The translations under genes and the position numbers were made by a program. This document shows, one piece after another, positions 41,417-52,499 of a DNA stretch of 64,000 bases. The stretch comes from Eledone cirrhosa (lineage: Eukaryota): NCBI GenBank assembly GCA_964016885.1, contig CAXHJY010000279.1, positions 1 to 64,000 on the forward strand. The letters are read 5' to 3'. Numbering within the stretch: position 1 is the first letter of the stretch; every line of letters starts with the position of its first letter. The notes beneath the pieces were generated by a model. That model made no database searches, was not told the origin of the DNA, and saw only the letters and a list, made by a program, of their open reading frames with translations.

Positions 41417-41705
41417 ATGTTATGTGAGATATTATGTGAGGTAAAGTCTTTACTGTGAAAATACAATAGTATATATAGAGTAATGTAAATGTTATGTGAG
41501 ATATTATGTGAGATAAAGTCTTTACTGTGAAAATACAATAGTATATATAGAGTAATGTAAATGTTATGTGAGATATTATGTGAGATAAAGTCTTTACTGT
41601 GAAAATACAATAGTATATATAGAGTAATGTAAATGTTATGTGAGATATTATGTGAGATAAAGTCTTTACTGTGAAAATATAATAGTATATATAGAGTAAT
41701 GTAAA
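41417..41705. repeat. 72-bp satellite, about 4 further copies (right of the Tx1 insertion)
   Basis: The same unit resumes in the same orientation. Confidence 0.97.
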
Positions 41706-42455
41706 GGCTAAAGGGTTAAGGATCTTCACCCAATTTTATAAACTATTTCATAGCATCTCCACACATGAGCACACCACTCATTATATTAATTAATCCTCTC
41801 AGCACTTTGTAAAAGTCCGAGGGATCAGCTAAGTATACATGACGTTTGTTTATATAGAATGTTTATTGACATCTAAAAGCTGTGATTCAGTTATCTAAGT
41901 CAATACAGTAAGAGTTGTCTGACACTTAGATTAAAGGTTTAAAGCACCTAGCCAGTATCTGAGAGATATGGATTCAATTCCTCTTAAGAACCAATAGCAA
42001 CTTCATTTTCTCTCTTTAAGGGTTTTCTCCCTATCTTATAAGCTATATTATAGCATCTCAATGCATGAGCGCACAACTCTTTATATCAATATGTAGAGTC
42101 CTTGAGATATATAAGCATTTATTTATTTTTATGCAAATTATATCGTCATTTGAACGTGAGATAGGATGCTTTATGGTATTAGTTCCAGCTCTCTTCTCTC
42201 TGAGTTCAAATCCTGCCAAAGTCAACTTTGCCCTTCATCCATTTGGGGTTGATAAAAAGGTACCAGTCTAATACTGGGGTTGATTCTTCCGCTATATCTC
42301 TTTCTCTCTCTTTCTCTGTGGAAGAAATTTGCTATAAAAGAATTTAAACCTGGAGAAGGGATGGGCTCTGCCAGGCTTAAAATGTCTAAGAAACTCTGCA
42401 TGCCACTATTGTACCCTTATGATTGATTATATCTCCTTATTGTTTATCTTCTCAG

Positions 42456-42510
42456 ACTCATCTGGATGGCAGACACCTTCCACACCATTTGGCTCCAGTT
42501 CAGAAGAACA
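42456..42510 (+). CDS. Ror: ROR linker exon (DSSGWQTPSTPFGSSSEEQ)
   Basis: tttatcttctcag acceptor, GTAAGT donor, 55 nt, phase 1-2; this phase change is required to join the Ig exon to the CRD exon. Confidence 0.75.
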
Positions 42511-42729
42511 GTAAGTTTTCTTTTTTGGGTCCTTCAATCAAGTTTTGTATGTCATTGAAAGATATTGTTCTCCTAACATTTTGGACACATTGTTCCTTAT
42601 CAAGGAAGAGAGAGATGTTTTGTGTGTCCTTTTGTTTATGGTATAGGGGTGAATTTGCTGTGATGATGGTGATGGTGACAGTGGTGATAAGGGTGTAACC
42701 TTTTCTCAATGAAAGAGAGAAGGAAAGAC

Positions 42730-43110
42730 AGAATGCTCAAAATATTGGAAACTTCCCCTTTTTCCATAAGAGCATATCAACTGTGGACATGCTTACAAAA
42801 TCAGAAAACAGCTCAGCTCCATGACGCTTGGAAACATTTTTTTCACGCTCAGAGTTGCTGAAGCATGGGATAAACTACCTGCATCAGTTGTTAGCTCTCA
42901 GGACACAGCATCCTTCAAAACTTCCATGCTTCCCAAAATTCACCAACACTACACCTGATATTCCTCCACCATACGCATGCATGCATGTGTGTATATTGTG
43001 ACTCACATACTGTTCACTTTTCTGACGTTTGTACATCATTCTATGTACTATACATACACCTTTGATGAGTTGTAGTGCACCTGAGTGCTGTACACAATTT
43101 TCATTATTAT
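42730..43110 (+). mobile_element. CR1-like LINE 3' end fragment
   Basis: GHAYKIRKQ...KHFFTLRVAEAWDKLP-like translation followed by a (att)n tail. Confidence 0.6.
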
Positions 43111-43740
43111 TATTATCAGGGCAGTGGATTGGCAGTATTGGTAGAGAGTCGGACACCATGCTTTGAAGCATAGAGTTACGTCCCTTTACGGTCTGAGTTC
43201 AAATCCCGCCGAGGTTAACTTTGCCTTTCATCCTTATGGGGTCGATAAAATAAAGTACCAGTAATATACTGGGATAATTGCTAGCCTTGTGCCAAAAAGA
43301 AGAAACAATTATTCATCTTCATCATCATCATCATCTCACCACACCATCACTTTGCCATCAACATCATAACAATATATATATAAATATATAAATCAAACCA
43401 CACTCTTGATCTATATCTATATACTATATCTTGTAGAAGCAATCACACCACCATCATACCACCACAACCATCACCACCACAACCATTACCACCACAACCA
43501 TTACCATCACGACCATCATCATCATGACCATATATTTAATGTAATTCAATTCAAACCCTACTGTTGATCTATATCTATATACTATATCTTGTAGAAGCAA
43601 TCACACCACCATCATACCATCACAACCATCACCATCACAACCATCACCATCACAACCATCATCATCATGACCATATATTTAATGTAATTCAATTCAAACC
43701 CTACTGTTGTTCTATATCTATATCTTGTATCTTGTTACAG

Positions 43741-43859
43741 AAACAATCAAGGTTCCTGCTTTGATTACCATGGAACGCCGTGTGCAAAGTTTCTGGCCAA
43801 TAAGAGCGTCTATGTAGCAAATAAGAATGGTCTGGTAGAAACTGAGAAAGTTTATACAG
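43741..43859 (+). CDS. Ror: ROR exon: Frizzled CRD part 1 (NNQGSCFDYHGTPCAKFLANKSVYVANKNGLVETEKVYT)
   Basis: ttgttacag acceptor, GTAAGT donor, 119 nt, phase 2-1; matches the ROR CRD start GxCxxYxGxxCAxF. Confidence 0.9.
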
Positions 43860-44155
43860 GTAAGTGACCACAACAACAACAACAACAACTGTTTGTTTCC
43901 TTCATTTTTTTCACACCAACTAGCTGAACACACACCATCCTTCTCTCCCTATGAGCATAGTTGGTAATATTATATGTGGTTTGGCAGTATCGATAGAGGG
44001 TCGGACAACATGCTTTGCAGCACAGTTACGCCCCTTTCTGATCTGAGTTCAAATCCTGCCGAGGTTAACTTTGCCTTTCATCCTTACGGGGTCGATAAAA
44101 TAAAGTACCAGTAATTCACTGGCATAATTGCTGGCCTTGTGCCAAAAGTAGAAAC

Positions 44156-44214
<59 letters not shown>

Positions 44215-44914
44215 TGAAGGCATGTGGCTTAGTGGTTAGAGCATGGGGCTTGCAATCGAAAGGTTGTGAGTTCAGTTCTCAGACTTGGTGATGTGTTGTT
44301 TCCTTGAGCAAGACACTGTATTTCACGTTGCTCCAGTTTACTCAGCTGTAGAAATGAGATGATAGGGACTAGGGTCCCTATCATTAAAAAAAAACACCCA
44401 AGAGACCTCCAACAAGATACAACCTTGGAGGGGGCCAGCTAAACCTGAATAAGTGTGAGCTGTAACAACAGCAACAACATATCATCATCATCATCATCAT
44501 CATCGTTTAACGTCCATATTCCACGCTTGCATGGGTTTGGACGGGAGTTTTCCCACTTGAGGCAAGAGTGGTTGTCTTGCTCACATAGGACTGTCTGGCG
44601 GGTTTTCTATGGCTGGATGCCCTTCCTAACACCTATATATATTTATATATAAACTAGGAACTCACAGATACACACACACAGAAAATCTAGGAAAATCTGC
44701 TTAGTAGAATCAAGATGTATCTGAGGACCTTGCGATTTTCAGAATCAGGTTCAACCATCACATCGACCGTGCCTCGAGCTGGTCGCCAGAGAAACGATTG
44801 TAATATGTCCAATAAATTCCATTCGTCGCAACACTGATTCTCTTTTTTTCTGTGATATATATATATATACTTTAACACCTATAATAGAATATATATATAC
44901 TTTAACAACTATAA

Positions 44915-47080
44915 TAGAAAGAATTACAATAATTCCAAAAACCAGAAAAGGAATAGAACTAGAAACATAATTTGGTTTGCCCCCCCTTTCTCACTAAACA
45001 TTAAAACCCACATCGCTAAACTATTTTTTAATGCTCTTGACAAACGATTCCCTAGAACACATAAGTATTACTCAATTTTCAATAGACATACTATAAAATT
45101 AACCTACTCGTCCACCAAAAATTTAGCACAAAATATTAATAGAATAAATAATAGGAATCTAAAACCTAGCCAAAATACCGATAATAGCATAAACAATATT
45201 CAAGTAAGCAACTGTAACTGTAGAGATAGATCTAAATGCCCGTTAAATAACAATTGCTTAGTTAAAAATATAATATACAACTGTAATGTTAAAACGACTT
45301 AAATTCTTTTAATTATGTTGGTTCCACCTCGACAGAATTTAAACTTCGCTATAATAATCACAAGAATTCTTTCACAGATCCAAACAAAAAATCTTCAACA
45401 TCACTATCAGGCTTACTCTAGCAACTTAAACATGATAACGTTGGATATTCGACGGTTTGGAATATAGTCTCAAGATGGATTCCTTTTAACTCCTCCTCTG
45501 AGACATGTGACCTCTGCGCAGAGGAGATATTCTTTATACTAAAATCTAAAAATTCCCTTAATTTACGGACCAATTTATTCAGTTGCTGCAGACATAGATT
45601 GAACTCAACTTTTAAATATAAATATAAGTTTAAAATGTAATATATTTACTCAAGACTTTTAATTATTTTAGAAAACTTGGCGATAAATCTTTCGATTCCT
45701 TCAATTCTTTAAACCTTCTTCATGAATATATAATTAATAATGTAATTAAACTACCTTAAAACGATGATGATCCAAATCTATTGAATAAAATTTTTAAGCT
45801 AGATAAACTTCTAGAATAAATATAAGAGCATCTGTAGAACAACCGAGTATCCTAAAGTTTTTTTTTTTTAATGATTTCCGCTAAATAAGTTTGGTGAATA
45901 ATTTTGGTTTTGTTTGCTTTTGACTCTGATTGCTTCTAATAAACTTGGCAATATTGTCAAATAAATTGGAGGGATTGATTGATATGCTGGGCACACTGTG
46001 TTTTTATTACGGCCCTAGATATTCTGGGGAGGAAAGTATTCTTGGCGTTTTTTAATATTTTAATATATTGATATCTGTTCTATTCTATGCTTGTACGATA
46101 ATCATGTAAGAAAGGGCAAGAATATTATTATTATTAATAATGTATATTTTTATGTATATGTATATGTATGTACACTTATGTGTATGGAAAAATTTTTTTG
46201 ATGCAATGAAGATTTCCATGTGAAATAAAAATTTACAGAGCTGATCATGTAAACTCACATGTGTCTATAGTGTCAGTTTGAGATAACCTTCTCTTTTTCT
46301 TTCTCTTTTCTCTTTTTTCATGAAAATACATATATACTTATGTATTCCAGTATTTTTTGAGGTTTTATCTCAGATTTTGATTATAAACCTATGAATTTTT
46401 AAACTAAACATATAGTCACTATTTTTTCACACATTATTGATATGTGTCTCATTCATGAATATTGATGTTTACATTATAATTCATATGAATTGATAGACTG
46501 ATGAAACATAATATTTTAAAACTATCATTTTTGTTTCTAAGTATATCTCCTCTCCTACTCCCTCTACTCTTATATCGGCTGTTTTAACTCTATCTCCTGT
46601 ATATCACCCCTCCCCTATCTCTACCACCTCGTATAATAGATATTACTCGATCTACCTCTCCTTATCTATTTTTGTTTTTATTTCTCCCCGTATCCTTAGC
46701 ACTAAATAAATAAATAAACAAATGAATAATTACAGTACCCCTTCCCTCATAGATCTCTCATTTGGTGGTTTTCTCTTTACATACATTTCTTCATCTTCTT
46801 CACCTTCCACTCTTTCTTTTTCTTTTCTCCTTCTTTTTCTTTTTCCTTTTTTCTTTTTTTCTCCGTCTTTTTTTCTAACCGTCCTTAACATTTTCACTAC
46901 CGTAACAACTTTTTAAATGGAAGTTGTAAACTCTAAGGTATGTCAAATTTATTTATAAAACTGTCTATATATTGTATTTTGTCTGAAGAAGGCATACCAT
47001 ATTTTAATATGATATCCCTGAAATATATATAATGAAATAAATATGGTTTTATAAATGTAATTTCCATTTGTTTAATATCG
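44915..47080 (+). mobile_element. AT-rich Penelope-like element remnant: GIY-YIG C-terminus, long 3' region and terminal hammerhead
   Basis: RNIIWFAPPFS..IAKLFF.ALDKRFP.THKYYSIFNRHTIKLTYS...CNCRD...CPL...C....IIY...YVGST...FKLRYNNHK.SF with stops, to about 45640; hammerhead at 46975-47039, then (TA)n. Confidence 0.8.
46975..47039 (+). ncRNA. Type I hammerhead (family H1) terminating the Penelope remnant
   Basis: tattttgt-CTGAAGA-aggcataccatatt..aatatgatatccct-GAAA-tatata-TA-atgaaata. Confidence 0.75.
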
Positions 47081-47311
47081 TATATATATATATATATATA
47101 TGAAAGAACTTTCGTCAAACCGGACCGAGGGAACAATGTTTCCGTTGGTCTTTCCAATTGCTAATACTATCTATCGGTCGCAACTCCAGGTAGAAGGTGC
47201 AACGTGAAATAAAGTGTCTTGCTCAAGGACATAACACATCACCTGGTCCAGGAATCGAACTCACAACCTTACGATTGCGAATCCAATTCTCTAACCACTC
47301 AGCCACATGCC

Positions 47312-47407
<96 letters not shown>

Positions 47408-47464
47408 TGCACACAGGCACACAGACATATATACATATTCAGACACACACAAGATTGACTGAGT

Positions 47465-47870
47465 GCTTTTTACCTTGTCACCAACACTACCAATTTACAA
47501 AGTGAACTGGCACTTTTTTGTCATGGCACCAGCTCTACCACCTTACAAGGTGGACTGTGTGCTTTTGTCACAGCACCATCATTTCCACCTTACAAGGATG
47601 ACTGTGGGCTTTCTATCAGTGCACCAGCACTACCAATTTACAAGGTGGTCTGGGTGCTTTTGTCACGGCACCAGTACTAACACCTTACAAGGTTGACTGT
47701 TTGTTTTTGTCATAGCACCATCTCTACCACCTTATAAGGTGGACTGGGGCTTTCTATCATTGCACCAGCAATACCAATTTACAAGGTGGACTGTGTGCTT
47801 TTGTCATAGCACCATCTCTACCACCTTACAAGGTGGACTGGGGGCTTTTTACCATGTCACCAGCACAACC
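47465..47870. repeat. About 41-bp tandem repeat, SINE-body related; a similar array in opposite orientation at 50055-50390
   Basis: gtgcttttgtca..gcacca....acca.cttacaaggtggactg repeated. Confidence 0.8.
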
Positions 47871-47954
47871 ACCATAACCACACATCTCTCCCTATATATT
47901 CTTTTATTTCGTTTTTATCTATTAAATTATTCATTAATTAATTTGTTTTTCTCT

Positions 47955-48425
47955 TGTCATCTACTTCATCTTCTTCTTCATCATAATCTTCATCATCATC
48001 ATCACCATCATCATCACCACCACCACCACCACCATCACCATCATCATCATCACCACCACCACCACCACCACCACCATCATCACCATCATCATCTTCCACT
48101 TCTTCATCATGATCACCATCATCATCTTCCTCTTCTTCATCATGATCACCACATCATCCTCATCATCATCACCATCATCATCATCTTCACCTTCATCATC
48201 ATCTTCATCTTTTTCCTCTTCATTGTCATCCTCAACCTCCTCTTCCTCTTCTTCATCTACCTCCTCATAATCTTCACCATCATCTTCATCTTTTTCCTCT
48301 TCATTGTCATCATCCTCATCCGCCTCTTCCTTCATCTTCCTCTCCTTCATCTTCCTCTCCTTCCTCTCCTTCATCTTCCTTCATCTACCTCCTCATAATC
48401 TTCACCATCATCTTCATCTTTTCCA
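47955..48425. repeat. (CAT/CAC/CTT)n low-complexity tract
   Basis: Direct reading. Confidence 0.95.
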
Positions 48426-48430
48426 TCCAG

Positions 48431-48640
48431 TTGCTGTCACTATGATTGGTCAATCTACTGACCTCTCCCCCAGATGTCAACAGTTTGCAATACTGTCATT
48501 GTGCTACCATGCTTTCCCGCTGTGTGATGAAACAAGTGCCATACCAAAACCTCGACTGCTTTGCAAAGATGAATGCAAGATCTTAAGAGAGGACATTTGC
48601 AAGAACGAATACAAGATGGCCAAGGGTCATCCTCTAATAG
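48431..48640 (+). CDS. Ror: ROR exon: Frizzled CRD part 2 (VAVTMIGQSTDLSPRCQQFAILSLCYHAFPLCDETSAIPKPRLLCKDECKILREDICKNEYKMAKGHPLI)
   Basis: AG/GTATGT boundaries, 210 nt, phase 1-1; close match to the ROR CRD (TMIG..S.LS..C.QFAI.SLC..AFP.CDETS..PKPR.LC.DEC). Confidence 0.95.
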
Positions 48641-49423
48641 GTATGTTTTCTCTTTTACTCTTTTACCTGTTCCAGTCGACTGGCTGAGGCCATGCTGAAG
48701 CACCCGCCATGGCAGTATCGGTAGAGGGTTGGACGCCATGCTTAGCAACATAGAGTTACGGCCCTTTACGGTCTGAGTTCAAATCCCGCCGAGGTTAACT
48801 TTGCCTTTCATCCTTACGGAGTCGATAAAATAAAGTACCAGTAATACACTGGGATAATTGCTGGCCTTGTGCCAAAAGTAGAAACAATTATATAATATTA
48901 CTCTTTTACCTATTCCAGTCGACTGGCTGAGGGCATCTGATGCTCTCAATGGTCCTCAGGGCTCTGCTATTGAAGCCATTGATCCCTTTTGCCAGGGTCT
49001 TCATGTGGGGCCACATTTCTGCTCCATAGAGGAGAACGGAGAGGACCAATGCATTGCAGATTCAGAGCTTTGTCTTCAGGGAGATAGAGCAGTGGTGCTA
49101 AAGGGGCTTCCATAGGGTATACATGACCTCCATCCCCTCCCCACCCCCACCCCACCCCACCCACAGCAGCAAGACCACATATGTGCTTAATCTCCAGGTT
49201 CAGGTCTCCATTGTTAGTGACTGTAAAGCCCAGATAAATAAAGGAGCTGACAAACTCCGTAACATCAGGGCCAGTATGAAATGGGGGTTGAAATGCTACG
49301 ACAATGTGAAATGGACAATAAATGTTAACAATATAACAATGTGTGGTATGTTACCTTGATCTTCTTTGAAGGTCCTAAATTTATTTTTATTTTAATTATT
49401 TTTCATTTGTTTTGTATTTTTAG

Positions 49424-49519
49424 GTGAAAAGTTGCTGCCAAAATGTGAAAATTTAGCCATAGCTGGCACTAAAGAGGCAGCAAATTGTATTGAAATTGGT
49501 GTTCGTAATGCTACCAGAG
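49424..49519 (+). CDS. Ror: ROR exon: Frizzled CRD part 3 (GEKLLPKCENLAIAGTKEAANCIEIGVRNATR)
   Basis: tttttag acceptor, GTGTGT donor, 96 nt, phase 1-1; LPxCExL...EAANCIxIG as in ROR. Confidence 0.9.
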
Positions 49520-49556
49520 GTGTGTGTAACAATTGATATAGAATATATGTATATAA

Positions 49557-49603
<47 letters not shown>

Positions 49604-50962
49604 TAAAGTATAATTGTAATAAAACACTGTTGATCACTTGGATTAAAATATATTAGAGTAAAACATTGTTTATAATTTGAATCTAGTGCTTTCATCTATC
49701 ATGAGATTATCAAATTATAAATTTATGATTCAAGTGATAAACAGTGTTTTATTACTTTTTTCAGCAGTGATACTATACTATTATTCTGTACATTGCCAGA
49801 GACATTTTTGAGTCTTTAGCATTTAAACCGGCTGTATCCGGCCAGGACTCTCTCACCTCTTTCTGTTCAAACCAGCTGTAACTGGCCACTCATACTGATG
49901 TCAAGGTGTCTTTGACAGCATTTAGTTATTTTAACGGCTGTTCTAGCAGTAAACTCATTTTTATATGTATTCAAATACATTCACACTTCATCTCGATTGG
50001 AGACAACATTGTTTTTTTTTCATTTAATTATATATATATATATGGTCATGTAGGTGTCACGACAAAAAGCACCAAGCCCACACTGTAAAGTGGTCATGTC
50101 GGTGACACGACAAAAAGCACCAAGTCCACACTGTAAAGTGGTCCTGTCGATGACACGACAAAAAGCACCAAGTCCACACTGTAAAGTGGTCATATCGGTG
50201 ACACGATAAAATGCACCCAGTCCACATTGTAAAGTGGTTGTGTTTGGTGACATGACAAAAAGCACCAAGTTCACACTGTAAAGTGGTCATGTCGGTGACA
50301 CGGCAAAAAGCACCAAGTCCACATTGTAAAGTGGTCGTGTTTGGTGACATGACAAAAAGCACCCAGTACTCACTGTAAATGTGGTTGACATTAGGAAGGG
50401 CATCCAGCTGTAGAAACCAAGCCAAAACCAGTTCTGTATGTGCAAGACATGGTCACCTGACCTGACATTGCCACAACAGGACAACCCATCTAACCCATGC
50501 TAGTGTATAAAAATTGACATAAAATGGTGATGATGGTGATATATATATATATATGGATATATATACATACATACACACATGTATGTATATATTTTTTATT
50601 AATTATTCAAATATTTAACAACTTTCTCATTATAATTATCATATTAACCATTAACCATTCAATGTCCAAATTTCTAACAAAACACAATATATTTGTAATA
50701 ATTAATGAAGAATTTGGAGGGATCTATTTAAATTATTTATTATTTTATTATGAAAAACGGCATTAGTAAAATAAACTTAACAGATGGTTTTTATATAAAA
50801 TTATTTTAGTAGATTTAAATTTGAATAGAAAACATTTAAAATGGAGGAGAAGATTGTATGAAGTGTGGGGAAGGTGGTTTAAAATGGGGGGAAAGTTGTA
50901 TAAAATGGAGTGGGTGTTTATTAGAACCAGAGCTGGTTTTGGGTGACAGAGTGACATTAAAA

Positions 50963-51716
50963 GATGATGGTGGTGGTTGTGGTGGTGGTGCTTGTGGTGT
51001 TGTTGTTGATTATGGTAATGATGGTGATGATAACAGTGGTGGTGGTGGTGGTGGTGGTGATGATGCTGGTCATGACAGTGATGATGGTGATGCTTGTGAT
51101 AATGATGATGATGATGATGATGGTAGTAGTAGTAGTGGTGGTGGTGGTGGTGGTGGTGGTGGTGGTGGTGGCAATGCTGTTGCTGGCGATTGTGATGGTG
51201 GTGGTGGTAGTGGTGTATGGTGGTAGTAGTGATGATGATGATGGTGGTGGTGGTAGTAGTAATAGAAGTGGTAGTGGAAATTGTGATGGGGGTAGTAGTG
51301 ATGGTGATGTTGATGATGGTAGTGATGGAAGTGATGGTGGCAATGCTGGTGATTGTGATGGTAGTGGTATGGTGGTAGTAGTGATAGTGATGCTTGTGAT
51401 GATGGTGGTGGTAGTGATGATAGTGATGATGATGGTGGTGGTGGTAGTGATGAGTGATGATGATGATGATGATGGTGGTAGCGATGATAGTGATGGCGGT
51501 GGTAGTAGTGTTGGTATAGTAATGTGATGATGATGATGGTGGTAGTGATAATGGTGATGATGATGGCGGTGGTAGTAGTGTTGGTAGTAATGTGATGATG
51601 ATGGTAGTGATAATGGTGATGTTTGTGATGGTGACTGTGATGTTTGTGATGATGATGATGTTGTTTGTGATGATAATGATGGTGATGTGATGATGATGAT
51701 GATGATGATTATGATG
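50963..51716. repeat. (GAT/GGT)n low-complexity tract
   Basis: Direct reading. Confidence 0.95.
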
Positions 51717-51753
51717 GTTTTGAAACCTTGTATTGTTTTTCCTTTAATTCTAG

Positions 51754-51897
51754 CGGCAGAACACAGCTGTTATAACGACAGCGGAATTAATTACAGAGGG
51801 ATGATAAGTAGAACCCGTTCCGGTCACGAGTGTCAAAAATGGAGCTCCAATAATCCCCATGCCCACCACTTTAAACCCACACAATACCCAGAATTGG
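51754..51897 (+). CDS. Ror: ROR exon: canonical kringle first half (AAEHSCYNDSGINYRGMISRTRSGHECQKWSSNNPHAHHFKPTQYPEL)
   Basis: ttctag acceptor, GTGAGT donor, 144 nt, phase 1-1; kringle signature. Confidence 0.93.
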
Positions 51898-51944
51898 GTG
51901 AGTACTGTAGACACACTTGTTAGTTTTTATTGTCTAAAATCTCA

Positions 51945-52408
<464 letters not shown>

Positions 52409-52499
52409 TATATGGCTCAGAAATATTTCTTTCTTTGAAGTATTTCATTGTAAAGGAATGCTTGAGTTTTGAACTCAATACACTTAAGATATATATATA

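Noticed and set aside
47739-48430. His-rich or acidic ORFs adjoining the CRD exon (likewise 2985-3440 and 50858-51527)
   Set aside because: Trinucleotide low-complexity tracts; a proper acceptor at 48430 with the right phase explains the exon start
48905-49340. GC-richer segment that might be an exon or LINE fragment
   Set aside because: No recognisable motif or usable splice phase; CRD exons 48640-49424 join without it
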